Shown here piece by piece: positions 18,645 through 27,918 of a DNA stretch of 64,000 nt. Position 1 is the first letter of the stretch; each line of letters begins with the position of its first letter. A program made the translations under genes and the position numbers. Under the pieces are notes generated by a model. It saw nothing but the letters and a program-made list of their open reading frames with translations, was not told the DNA's origin and searched no databases. The DNA lies in contig CAYUCT010000002.1 in assembly GCA_964443565.1 (NCBI GenBank), positions 2,036 to 66,035 on the forward strand, read 5' to 3'. The stretch comes from Candidatus Woesearchaeota archaeon (lineage in GTDB: Archaea > Nanobdellota > Nanobdellia > Pacearchaeales > UBA284).

Positions 18645-19304
18645 TTACAACAACATTGCTTCTTGAATCTCTTTATTTGAAATTGAACACCCATTATACT
18701 TTGCAGAATACATTAATGCTTTTATTGAATCTTTACGATTTGCGGGCAAGTCAATAAATCCATAATCATATGCCAAAAACATTAATTCACAAGAACGTAT
18801 AATATTTATATTCTTAAAAAAATTATAATTATCTACCACAGATTCTACTTTGGTATGTAATTTTGTTTCCAAAATATTTCTTAAATTCTCCGGAGATTCA
18901 CATAACAAACGAGTTGTTCTTTCATCAATAATTAATGCTTTATCTTCATCATTAATCAGATTATAAATTGCGATGCAGCTTGCTTCGCCACTATGAATTA
19001 TTGTAATCCATTCCCCCCTTGCTTTAAAAGTATGATTTGCAATATCTAAAATTCTTTCTGTTTCTTTTTTTATATTTTCATTATATTTTTCTAAAATGCC
19101 CAGATTTATTAATTTTTTAATTTTTAATGCCTCAAGCATAAATCTTGGAATGCCTATAGAACGTAAAATCGTTTCTTTTTCAACTTCTTGACTAATAAAA
19201 AAATCCCCATTAAATTTTTGTTTCAATTTTTCCATTGCAGGGTTTAGATCATTCAATGCAAAGGTGATTATTGCACTAGAATCAAAAATTAATGTTTTAG
19301 TCAT
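18645..19304 (-). CDS. PIN-domain protein (DUF3368/COG2405-like)
   Basis: LIFDSSAII, IHSGEASCIAI and IIDERTTR supply the acidic PIN motifs. Confidence 0.65.
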   Translation of the reverse strand: MTKTLIFDSSAIITFALNDLNPAMEKLKQKFNGDFFISQEVEKETILRSIGIPRFMLEALKIKKLINLGILEKYNENIKKETERILDIANHTFKARGEWITIIHSGEASCIAIYNLINDEDKALIIDERTTRLLCESPENLRNILETKLHTKVESVVDNYNFFKNINIIRSCELMFLAYDYGFIDLPANRKDSIKALMYSAKYNGCSISNKEIQEAMLL

Positions 19305-19396
19305 TTTATTCTTTGCTTTCTGTTTTTTGCTTTTATTATAAATTAAATAATTCAGATTTTTGAATATTTAATCTTGAAATATTTAATTTTTTAAAT

Positions 19397-19975
19397 TTAT
19401 TTGAACAATTTTTTTGCTATATTCAATCTCTCTTTTTCAGAGAAAGTAATACTATAATTTACATCTTCAATTCCTGTTTTTCCGACATATTCATTTAATT
19501 CCCACATAGTAATTCCTAAAAGATTTGCAGTTTCTTCCCTAGATAAACCGTGCTCATATAATCTTGATGCTTTGTTTATTCTGGCCTCTCTAAAAACATC
19601 CTGAACATACTGTTTTAATTTACCGTCTATTTTGTCAATTTGAAGAGTGATATTTCTTAAATTATTATGAAATTTTAAGTATTTCTTTTGTTTAATATTT
19701 TCTATGGCAAATTCTATATATCTTGAAACATTTTTTAAAAATATAACAAAAGATTTTTGCTCATAATAATCTGTTCTCCCGGTTAATTTACTTAGTGAAT
19801 AGATTATTACTGCAAGAGAAACAGAATCAACATCTTTGTAAATTGAAGCACCATGAATTGTTCTATCCGAAAGAATTCTCAAAAGTCCGATATCTTTTAG
19901 TTTTATTGCATTTCTGGTTTGATATAAAATGTCCAGTATATTTTTTATTTCTTCTTTTTGATCAAGTATCACCAT
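19397..19975 (-). CDS. Protein with C-terminal UPF0175/COG2886-like HTH
   Basis: ASRLYEHGLSREETANLLGITMWEL resembles the UPF0175 pattern; helical N-terminal domain. Confidence 0.6.
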   Translation of the reverse strand: MVILDQKEEIKNILDILYQTRNAIKLKDIGLLRILSDRTIHGASIYKDVDSVSLAVIIYSLSKLTGRTDYYEQKSFVIFLKNVSRYIEFAIENIKQKKYLKFHNNLRNITLQIDKIDGKLKQYVQDVFREARINKASRLYEHGLSREETANLLGITMWELNEYVGKTGIEDVNYSITFSEKERLNIAKKLFK

Positions 19976-20057
19976 ATTTTTTATAGTTTTTAGTTTTATT
20001 TAAAAGTTTCTAAACCCACAAGAAAAAGTTTTAAAGGAGCAATAACTTCTTAAAAAG

Positions 20058-21527
20058 ATGAATAATAAAGAAAAGTCAACTGAAATGAAAAAAGAAGAAA
20101 TGGGAATTACTGTAAAGAAAGATGAAGATTTTTCTGAGTGGTATCAGCAAATGATTATCAAGGGAGATGTTGCCGATTATAGTCTTGTTTCCGGATGTAT
20201 TATCTTTAAGCCAACAATTTATGCGGTCTGGGAAAAAATTAAAGAAGAATGTGATAAAAGATTTAAAAAAATTGGGATAAAAAATGTTTATTTCCCTTTA
20301 TTAATTCCAGAATCATTATTAAAAAAAGAAGCGACACATTTAGAAAGTTTTTCCCCCGAAGTTGCTTGGGTAACCCATAGTGGAGAAACAAAATTATCTG
20401 AAAGATTAGCAATCAGACCAACATCTGAGACAATAATGTATGATTCTTATTCTAAATGGATTCGTTCTTGGAAAGATTTACCTTTAAGATTAAATCAATG
20501 GAATAATGTTTTAAGATGGGAATTTAAACATCCTGTTCCATTTTTAAGATCAAGAGAATTTTTATGGAATGAGGGGCATACTGCTTTTGCAACAAAAAAA
20601 GAAGCAGAAGCAGAAAAAGAACAGATACTTAATATTTATGAAGAGATATTAAAAGATTATCTTGCACTTCCTTCATTAATTGGTAAAAAATCTAAAGCAG
20701 AAACATTTGCCGGAGCAGAATATACCATCAGTTGTGAACATTATTTACCAAATGGAAGGGCAATTCAAGGACCAGATTTTCACCATGATGGACAAATATT
20801 TTCTAAAGCATATAACATCAAATTTTTAGATAAAAACGGAAAAGAAGATTATGTATATCAAAATACATTTGCTATAAGTACTAGAGAGATAGGTGTAATG
20901 CTTGCAATGCACGGAGATGATAAGGGAGTAATAATTCCCCCAATGCTCGCACCAAATAAATGTGTAATTGTCCCTATTCTTTTTGAAAATTCTAAAAAAC
21001 AAATTTTAGAAAAAAGCAAGGACATATTTAATAAATTAGAAGAATTTTCCCCAATTATAGACGATAGAGAAGATTATTCTGCTGGTTGGAAGTTTCATGA
21101 ATGGGAATTAAAAGGAATTCCATTAAGAATTGAAATTGGCCCAAAAGATTTAGAAAATAAACAAGTAATTTTAGTTCGAAGGGATAATAATGAAAAGAAA
21201 ATCGTTAAAATTATTGCAATTCAAAAAGAAATAAAAATAATTTTAGACAAAATGCAGAAAGATTTGTATACAAAAGCAGAAAAATTATTAAAAGAAAATA
21301 TTACCGAAGCAAAAACCTTTGATGATTTTAAAAAAGCTATAGAACATAAAAAAATTGTTTATATTCCTTGGTGTGAAAATGAAAAATGCATGGATAAAAT
21401 AAAAGAAAAGACAGAATCGGTTAAAAGTTTAAATTCTCCATTAGATCAAAAAGAATTAAAAAACGTAAAATGTGTTGTTTGCGGAAATTCTGCAAAAAAA
21501 TATTTTTACTTCGGTAAAAGTTATTAA
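20058..21527 (+). CDS. proS: Prolyl-tRNA synthetase (archaeal/eukaryotic type)
   Basis: DFSEWY, IRPTSET, LRWEFK..PFLRSREFLW, GIPLRIEIGPKD, C-terminal Zn motif and GKSY. Confidence 0.97.
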   Translation: MNNKEKSTEMKKEEMGITVKKDEDFSEWYQQMIIKGDVADYSLVSGCIIFKPTIYAVWEKIKEECDKRFKKIGIKNVYFPLLIPESLLKKEATHLESFSPEVAWVTHSGETKLSERLAIRPTSETIMYDSYSKWIRSWKDLPLRLNQWNNVLRWEFKHPVPFLRSREFLWNEGHTAFATKKEAEAEKEQILNIYEEILKDYLALPSLIGKKSKAETFAGAEYTISCEHYLPNGRAIQGPDFHHDGQIFSKAYNIKFLDKNGKEDYVYQNTFAISTREIGVMLAMHGDDKGVIIPPMLAPNKCVIVPILFENSKKQILEKSKDIFNKLEEFSPIIDDREDYSAGWKFHEWELKGIPLRIEIGPKDLENKQVILVRRDNNEKKIVKIIAIQKEIKIILDKMQKDLYTKAEKLLKENITEAKTFDDFKKAIEHKKIVYIPWCENEKCMDKIKEKTESVKSLNSPLDQKELKNVKCVVCGNSAKKYFYFGKSY

Positions 21528-21539
21528 AAACCAATAAAA

Positions 21540-22271
21540 ATGGAAAAAACAGAAGATATTTCTAATAAAAGTATTAATTCTGAAGGGAAGATTATTGGAA
21601 TTGGTGCAGAAGCAATTTTGATAAAAGAAAATAATTTATTAAAAAAAGTTAGAATAAGAAAAAATTATCGGCATGAAAAAATAGATGAAACCCTAAGAAA
21701 ATTAAGAACACGAAAAGAAGCAAAAATTTTAACTAAACTTTCAGAATTTAAAATTTCTCCAAAAATTTACAAAGTAGATGAATTTTCAAAAGAAATTATT
21801 ATGGATTATTTAGAAGGAGAAAGATTAAGTGAAACGTTAGACAGTTATAGCATTAAAAAACAAAAAGAAATTGCAAAAGAAATTGGAAAAAATATTTCAA
21901 TTTTACATTCACTGAACATTATTCACGGAGATTTAACTACCAGCAACATGATTCTGTCTAATGATTTTAAAAATAATTCTAAAAAAGAAAAAGAAAGAGT
22001 TTATTTTATTGATTTTGGATTAAGTTTTGAATCGCGAAAAGTAGAAGATATGGCCGTGGATTTAAGATTATTAAAACAAGCGATTTGCGCAAAACATTTT
22101 AAAACAGGAGAATTGCTTTTCAAAACAATTTTAGATGAATATCTCATTAATTCAAAAAATAAAAACTCTAAAAAAGTTATTTTACAAATAAAAAATGTTG
22201 AAAATCGTGGGAGATATAAACAAAAACAACTAAGAATAAAGAAGAACGATAAGAAAAAGAATAAGAAATGA
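21540..22271 (+). CDS. bud32: KEOPS complex kinase Bud32 (stand-alone)
   Basis: GAEA, KNYRH..RTRKEA, IHGDLTTSN, IDFGLS, AVDL, RGRY. Confidence 0.93.
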   Translation: MEKTEDISNKSINSEGKIIGIGAEAILIKENNLLKKVRIRKNYRHEKIDETLRKLRTRKEAKILTKLSEFKISPKIYKVDEFSKEIIMDYLEGERLSETLDSYSIKKQKEIAKEIGKNISILHSLNIIHGDLTTSNMILSNDFKNNSKKEKERVYFIDFGLSFESRKVEDMAVDLRLLKQAICAKHFKTGELLFKTILDEYLINSKNKNSKKVILQIKNVENRGRYKQKQLRIKKNDKKKNKK

Positions 22272-22361
22272 GAAAATTTACACAAAAAAATACATAAACA
22301 ATCCAAACAATAAACTTTAAAAATCGTCTTTTATTAAGTTTTATGAGGAATATAATACACC

Positions 22362-22559
22362 ATGGGAAGAGTAAAATCATTAGCAATAAAAAGAAGCACT
22401 AGAAAATTAGTTGCTATGTATCCTGAAAAATTTAGTGGAGATTTTGATAAAAATCAAGAAATTCTCTCTAAAATGATTGATACTGAAAAAAAGAATATCA
22501 ATAAAATTGCAGGGTATATTGCTAGAATTATGAAAAAAGAAGAAAAGAAAGGAAATTAA
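22362..22559 (+). CDS. rps17e: 30S ribosomal protein S17e
   Basis: MGRVK...FSGDFDKN...NKIAGYI. Confidence 0.95.
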   Translation: MGRVKSLAIKRSTRKLVAMYPEKFSGDFDKNQEILSKMIDTEKKNINKIAGYIARIMKKEEKKGN

Positions 22560-22653
22560 TTATTTTTAATTCTATTTTTATTTATTATTCTAAATAAAAT
22601 TCTATAATTCTTTTATTAAAAAACTATAAAAAGAATGAAATTTTTCTTATTTC

Positions 22654-23883
22654 ATGGAAATATTTTCAGATTTACATATTCATTCTAAATATAGCCGAGC
22701 CACAAGCAAAAATCTAAATTTAGAAAATTTAGAAAAATGGGCGAGAATAAAAGGAATTCATCTTATTGGAACCGGCGATTTTACTCATCCACTTTGGAGT
22801 AAAGAATTAAAACAAGGATTAACTGAAGAAGATGGAATTTTAAAAACAAAAACGGGTTTTAATTTTCTTGCACAAACCGAAGTTTCTTTAGTTTATACTT
22901 ATAATGGAAAAGGCAGAAGAATTCATCTTATTGTTTTAGCGCCAAATTTAGAGGTTGCAGAACAAATAACAGATTATCTTAAAACAAAAGGAAGAGTAGA
23001 TTATGATGGAAGACCAATATTTAATATTTCTTGCGAAGATTTTGTTTATAACATGACTAAAATTTCAAAAGAGATAGAGGTAATTCCGGCCCATGCTTGG
23101 ACACCCTATTTTGGGGTATTTGGTTCAATGACCGGTTATGACTCAATGGATGAAGCATTTAAAGATCAGGTGAAAAATATTCATGCTTTTGAAACAGGAA
23201 TGTCTTCGGATCCAGAAATGAATTGGAGAATTTCGAGTATGGATAAATATTCTCTTGTTTCATTTTCAGATTGCCATAGTTTTTGGCCTTGGAGAATTGG
23301 AAGAGAAACAACAATCTTTGATTTAAAAAAATTAAATTATAAAAATGTAATTGAAGCAATAAGAAAAGAAAATAATGAAAACAAAATAAAGTTTACTATA
23401 GAAACTTCTCCTAGCTATGGCAAATATCATTTTGACGGGCATAGAGATTGCAAATTTTCGTGCTCTCCAAAAGAAAATAAAAAAGATTATCATGATATCT
23501 GTCCTGTTTGTAAAAAACATTTAACCGTGGGGGTTTTAAATCGTATAGAAAAATTAGCAGATAGAGCAGAGGGATTTATTCCAAAAAATGCGGTTCCATT
23601 CAAAACAATTCTTCCATTACATGAGATAATTAGTTTAATTTTAAATTCTTCTGTGTCCTCAAAAAAAGTTTGGGCAGTTTATGATAACCTAATAAATAAA
23701 TTTGGAACAGAATATGAAATACTTTTAAACACAGATATAAAAGAAATTGCGAGAGTTAGTGATGAAAAAATTGCAAATTATGTTTTAAAAAATCGAAATG
23801 GGAAAATAAATGTAAAACCAGGATATGACGGAGAATATGGCGTCCCAATTTTAGATTTAAATAAACAAGAAAAATTACTTTGA
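22654..23883 (+). CDS. endoQ: Endonuclease Q family (PHP domain) DNA repair endonuclease
   Basis: DLHIHSKYSRATS, GTGDFTHP, PAHAWTP, SDCHS, GKYHFDGHRDC..CPVC..GV, PGYDGEYG. Confidence 0.92.
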   Translation: MEIFSDLHIHSKYSRATSKNLNLENLEKWARIKGIHLIGTGDFTHPLWSKELKQGLTEEDGILKTKTGFNFLAQTEVSLVYTYNGKGRRIHLIVLAPNLEVAEQITDYLKTKGRVDYDGRPIFNISCEDFVYNMTKISKEIEVIPAHAWTPYFGVFGSMTGYDSMDEAFKDQVKNIHAFETGMSSDPEMNWRISSMDKYSLVSFSDCHSFWPWRIGRETTIFDLKKLNYKNVIEAIRKENNENKIKFTIETSPSYGKYHFDGHRDCKFSCSPKENKKDYHDICPVCKKHLTVGVLNRIEKLADRAEGFIPKNAVPFKTILPLHEIISLILNSSVSSKKVWAVYDNLINKFGTEYEILLNTDIKEIARVSDEKIANYVLKNRNGKINVKPGYDGEYGVPILDLNKQEKLL

Positions 23884-23900
23884 TTATTAATTATTTATTT

Positions 23901-24758
23901 TTATCTATTTTTAACAATCTCTTTTTTCATTGAGATTATTTTTCCTTCTTGCAATTCTCTTAAAATAAATCTGGCGGTTCTATCTCCATTAACTTCCCCG
24001 CCTTTTTTTAGAAAATTTTTTCTTTTTCCAATTATTTCAACTAATTCTTCAGAATCATTAACTTTAACATTATAAAATCTTTCAAATTTTCCAGGATATT
24101 TTTTCATTAAATAATCTAAAACATCTTCGGGATTATCAACATTATCATACCCTTTAGAACATAACTCAATATGTCTAGATAAATATTCTACTTTTGTTTC
24201 TCTTTTTTCTTTATCCGGAAAAACTCCGGGGGAATCTATCAAAATGATATTTCTTGTTAAATAAACTTTTTTCTTTCCTTTTGTAAATCCTGATTCTTTA
24301 GATACTTCGGTTTTTCCTGTTCCAGATAATAAATTTATAAGTGAAGATTTTCCGGTATTTGGATAACCAATAACCCCTACAAAAATTTTTTCATTAATTT
24401 TTAATTTTTTTACTTCAATTTTTATTCTTTCTCTGAGTTCTTTAACACCGGTTTTATTTTTAGCAGAAATTGGAATAGGATTTAATTTTCTTATTTTATT
24501 CATTGATTGAATTATTTCGTGTTTTTTCATCAAATCAATCTTATTTAAAATATAAATAATTTTTTTTCCTTTTTGCTTTATTTTTTCTTCAAAAACTAAA
24601 TTTCTTGTTTCATCTATAAACCTTGCGTCTAATATTTCTAAAATAATATTTGATTCATCAATGATTTCATCTACAATTTCCGGAAATTTCTTTTTTTCAT
24701 TACTAAGATTTGAAATATCAAATCTTCTCGGATTATGGAAAGAACTTTTTTCATTCAT
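23901..24758 (-). CDS. YlqF/RbgA-family circularly permuted ribosome biogenesis GTPase
   Basis: LDAR, NKID (G4), ISAK (G5), GYPNTGKSS (G1), DSPG (G3), in permuted order. Confidence 0.92.
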   Translation of the reverse strand: MNEKSSFHNPRRFDISNLSNEKKKFPEIVDEIIDESNIILEILDARFIDETRNLVFEEKIKQKGKKIIYILNKIDLMKKHEIIQSMNKIRKLNPIPISAKNKTGVKELRERIKIEVKKLKINEKIFVGVIGYPNTGKSSLINLLSGTGKTEVSKESGFTKGKKKVYLTRNIILIDSPGVFPDKEKRETKVEYLSRHIELCSKGYDNVDNPEDVLDYLMKKYPGKFERFYNVKVNDSEELVEIIGKRKNFLKKGGEVNGDRTARFILRELQEGKIISMKKEIVKNR

Positions 24759-24800
24759 TTTTTTTATTTTTTTGCTTTATTTAACATCCTATAGGATTTA

Positions 24801-24882
24801 CGCCCGGACCAAGAATCGAACTTGGAAATCCTTGCGGAAATACGCTTTCCAGGCGTACGCATTACCATTGTGCCATCCGGGC
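24801..24882 (-). tRNA. tRNA-Ser(GGA)
   Basis: GCCCGGA acceptor stem, anticodon arm TACGC-CTGGAAA-GCGTA, long variable arm, GTTCGATTC, discriminator G; no encoded CCA. Confidence 0.93.
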
Positions 24883-24883
24883 A

Positions 24884-24955
24884 TGGCCGCACCGAGAATT
24901 GAACTCGGGACTTCGAGCTTATGAGACTCGCACTCTACCACTGAGTTACGCGGCC
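24884..24955 (-). tRNA. tRNA with CAT anticodon (elongator Met or Ile2)
   Basis: GGCCGCG/TGCGGCC-A, anticodon arm CGAGT-CTCATAA-GCTCG, GTTCAATTC; lacks the initiator GGG/CCC anticodon stem. Confidence 0.92.
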
Positions 24956-24976
24956 AATTTTATGAAATTTCTATGA

Positions 24977-24982
24977 TTTAAA
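24977..24982 (-). promoter_or_regulatory. Putative TATA box of the tRNA(CAT)-tRNA-Ser pair
   Basis: TTTAAA at -27..-22 from the tRNA 5' end; AT-rich context lowers certainty. Confidence 0.45.
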
Positions 24983-25072
24983 AGATTATTGTTTTGAGGG
25001 GAGAAAGATTTTAATATACTCCCCCCATATAAAAATAATGAATCAAGAAATATCCGCGGGGCGTGAAGAAAA

Positions 25073-25384
25073 ATGTGTATAGATTTAATAATTTTAGGAT
25101 TAATTTTTAATTTTATTGGTTCTTTTATCCTATTCTTAGTATCCTTCTTTGGAAAATGGCATCAAAAAGATTATTCGGGGCATTGGACAAAAAGATATTG
25201 GTGGAATGGCTGGAGACCCATCTTTAAAGTCCATCCGCCAAATGAGAAAGCAAGATGGCAAATAAAACTAAATAGTCATGTTGTTAAAGAAGGATTTATT
25301 CCTCCGAGATATTTATGGAACTCTATTGGTTTCTTATTCATAACCGCTGGTTTCTTTCTTCAGTTATTGAACATACTAAAATAA
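25073..25384 (+). CDS. Small Trp-rich two-TM membrane protein
   Basis: TM segments at both ends (GLIFNFIGSFIL; GFLFITAGFFLQL) with a Trp-rich loop. Confidence 0.7.
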   Translation: MCIDLIILGLIFNFIGSFILFLVSFFGKWHQKDYSGHWTKRYWWNGWRPIFKVHPPNEKARWQIKLNSHVVKEGFIPPRYLWNSIGFLFITAGFFLQLLNILK

Positions 25385-25458
25385 TTTTTTTATACCCTGT
25401 TTTTATTTATGTGCAGAAATTAATTTATGCATATGACTGTTTAGAGCAGGGAAGAAAA

Positions 25459-25971
25459 TTAATTACATTCTGTTACAATATCTTTCCAAATACACACCCC
25501 TATATTTCTTTGAAAAGATTTTTCTATACAATTTGGACAAGAAATATTGAATGTTAAGTCTAATTTACCCAAAGGAACATTTAAAGAATTACAAATTTCA
25601 CCATTTAAACATTCCCCGGATTTTATAAAACCTTGATCACATCTGGATTCTTTAGGGGGAATATTACCAAAATTAAATGTGTCTGAAAATGCCCAATCTG
25701 AATAAACCCCCGCGTGGACATCCCCCGTTTCTAATTCTCCAGTATTTAGAATACAGAGAGTTATATCTTCCCCTTGATTCCAAGCAATTCTTCCAGCAGA
25801 TAAATTTCCAGATTCATCACTGTTAATATAAGCTAAAAGAGAAGGAGATGTTAATTGAATTGAATTTGTATAAGTTAAATGACTGTAATAAAATGCTCCA
25901 AATAAAAAAACCATCGAAATAAATGAAATTATTGTTTTGAGAAGAGGAAGAAAATAATTATATCCTTTCAT
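25459..25971 (-). CDS. Membrane-anchored Cys-containing hypothetical protein
   Basis: N-terminal TM followed by a beta-rich domain with several Cys; overlaps the HTH gene end. Confidence 0.65.
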   Translation of the reverse strand: MKGYNYFLPLLKTIISFISMVFLFGAFYYSHLTYTNSIQLTSPSLLAYINSDESGNLSAGRIAWNQGEDITLCILNTGELETGDVHAGVYSDWAFSDTFNFGNIPPKESRCDQGFIKSGECLNGEICNSLNVPLGKLDLTFNISCPNCIEKSFQRNIGVCIWKDIVTECN

Positions 25972-26182
25972 AATGTCTAAAACTTTTATCTTCTGGATTT
26001 ATACATCTAATAAATCCTTTTTTCTCTAATTCTAAAAGAACTCTACTTATAGAACTTCTATGTTTACTCATTTCTTTTGCTAATTCTGTTGCGGTTTTTG
26101 GTTCAGTCAATCTTTCAAGAACTTCTTTTCTTAATTTGCCTTTCTTAAGAAATATTTTCTTTTTCAGCCCTTTTCTATTCAT
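25958..26182 (-). CDS. Winged-helix (ArsR/MarR-like) transcriptional regulator
   Basis: PKTATELAKEMSKHRSSISRVLLELEKKGFIRC. Confidence 0.88.
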   Translation of the reverse strand: MNRKGLKKKIFLKKGKLRKEVLERLTEPKTATELAKEMSKHRSSISRVLLELEKKGFIRCINPEDKSFRHYERI

Positions 26183-26211
26183 ACAAAAAGGGGGTATTAA
26201 ATATTTTAATA

Positions 26212-26233
26212 TAAGAGTAACATAAGCGTAACA
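26212..26233. promoter_or_regulatory. Candidate operator: 11-bp tandem repeat between divergent genes
   Basis: TAAGAGTAACA/TAAGCGTAACA, adjacent to palindrome TATTAAA-TAT-TTTAATA (26195-26211). Confidence 0.4.
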
Positions 26234-26262
26234 TTTATAAAAACCAGAATTTAATAATTATT

Positions 26263-26853
26263 ATGAAAAAAGAATTAACATTCATACTATTAATCTCTTT
26301 ATGTATCTCTTTTTTATTTATTTCTGGTTGTACAAGTGACACAAATTATTCAAACCCATCTAAAGTAGAAACTATAACTACTGAACAACAAATGATGACT
26401 AATACACAAGAAGATCTTGCGATTCAACCAAATATATCCATTTTTAAAATCGGAGAAGCGGTAACAGATGATGAGCTCCAGATAACTCTTAATGCAGTAA
26501 GATTTGTTTCAAAAATTGATGAGCAGGATAATGAATATCTGATTGCAGAAGCAGAACCAGATAAACAGTACGTTCTTGTAGACATAACTATTGAAAATAT
26601 TCTTTCAAATAAAACTCAAAGTGTAAGCTCCTTATTTCAAACAATGATTACTGATGATGAAGGATATAATTATGATCTTGATTTTAATGGGTTAATAGCT
26701 CTTGATAGAGGGTTTAAAGACGGAGAAATTCTCCCGGGTATGAAAAAAAGAGGAGAATTGCCTTATTTAGTCCCATTAAATTCTAAAAAATTAAATTTTA
26801 TATTTAAATTTGATTTAATTGGTGGAAAATCTGCCGTTTTTAATATTAAATAA
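26263..26853 (+). CDS. DUF4352-type lipoprotein
   Basis: Lipobox-like ISGC; FKIGEAV, YVLVDITIEN, DDEGYNY, GEILPG..RGELPYLVP. Confidence 0.8.
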   Translation: MKKELTFILLISLCISFLFISGCTSDTNYSNPSKVETITTEQQMMTNTQEDLAIQPNISIFKIGEAVTDDELQITLNAVRFVSKIDEQDNEYLIAEAEPDKQYVLVDITIENILSNKTQSVSSLFQTMITDDEGYNYDLDFNGLIALDRGFKDGEILPGMKKRGELPYLVPLNSKKLNFIFKFDLIGGKSAVFNIK

Positions 26854-26856
26854 AAA

Positions 26857-27192
26857 ATGGAAAAACAAACAACAAGTTTCATTTTAGGATTAATGGGTGG
26901 AATTTTTGGTTTTTTTGGTGGAATTTTTGCTTTAGGCGTTGGAGGAATTGGGGAAGCATTTAATTTAAATGATGCTGGAACTTTAACGGCCTTAGGAATT
27001 GTTGCAATTCTTTTTTCAATTGTTGCAATAATCAGTTCTGTTTTAGTAAAAACTAAACCAAAATTAGGAGGATGGATAATGTTATTTTCTGGAATTATTA
27101 TCCTTTTTGCAATTAGTTTATTTGGACTTTTACCATCTGTACTTCTAATTATTGGTGGAATTATTGGATTGAATAGTTCTAAGAAAAAATAA
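26857..27192 (+). CDS. DUF4064-like small membrane protein
   Basis: FILGLMGGIFG, KPKLGGWIML, LLIIGGI Gly-rich TM helices. Confidence 0.7.
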   Translation: MEKQTTSFILGLMGGIFGFFGGIFALGVGGIGEAFNLNDAGTLTALGIVAILFSIVAIISSVLVKTKPKLGGWIMLFSGIIILFAISLFGLLPSVLLIIGGIIGLNSSKKK

Positions 27193-27223
27193 TCAACTAA
27201 ATAAAATTAAATTTTTTTCTTTT

Positions 27224-27898
27224 TTATTTCTCTTTATTCAAAATTCTTTTAACTTGATTGAGATTAATTATTTTTTCTGAATCTAACATTATTCCAGGAC
27301 ATGCAGTGTTGATATATATTGGAATATCCGGAAAATTTTCAAATTGATTTAAATCTAGATTATTAAACACAAACATAAAAATTTCTTTATTTTTAAATTT
27401 TTTAGATAAAAGAATTTGTTTTTTAATTTTTAATGCTTCTTTAATATTATTTTGCCCTGGTTTTACAGTTATTAAAATTCCAATCTTTTTTGATAAAATA
27501 AATTTCTTTTCCAAAATAGATTCTTTTATTTTGGTCTTTTCAGTTTTTGACCTATCAAACTCTTTAAATTCTTTATTTATTGGATTAAATTGAAAAATTG
27601 GTTTAGTTATCTTATTTGAAGTATGCAAAACATGAAAATCCCCAGAATTAAGAAATAAAAAAGCATCTACTTTACTCTGAATTTTTTCAGCAGCTAGAGC
27701 ATTACATCCCAAAATCAATGGATTTGAATAAACAAACACCTTTTTTCCTTTATCTTCTAAAACTTCTTTAAGTTTTGGCAGATGATCTACAAACTGAATT
27801 GTTGAAATTAACCCAATATTCTTAGGTAATAAAGAAAAATTAATAGAATTAAAAAAAAGAAGAAATTTACATTTAGCTGGAATAAACAATGATTTCAT
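27224..27898 (-). CDS. dph2: Diphthamide synthesis protein Dph2, short form
   Basis: GLISTIQF, ILGC, GDFH, IGILITVKPGQ, NTACP. Confidence 0.8.
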   Translation of the reverse strand: MKSLFIPAKCKFLLFFNSINFSLLPKNIGLISTIQFVDHLPKLKEVLEDKGKKVFVYSNPLILGCNALAAEKIQSKVDAFLFLNSGDFHVLHTSNKITKPIFQFNPINKEFKEFDRSKTEKTKIKESILEKKFILSKKIGILITVKPGQNNIKEALKIKKQILLSKKFKNKEIFMFVFNNLDLNQFENFPDIPIYINTACPGIMLDSEKIINLNQVKRILNKEK

Positions 27899-27918
27899 TC
27901 GATTATTTGCTTAAGTGT

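Noticed and set aside
24884..24955. Initiator tRNA-Met
   Set aside because: Has G1-C72 and lacks the three consecutive G-C pairs in the anticodon stem
24801..27192. tRNA-integrated provirus or genomic island
   Set aside because: The accessory genes lie at the 5' side of the tRNAs, and no integrase or duplicated tRNA 3' end (att) was found
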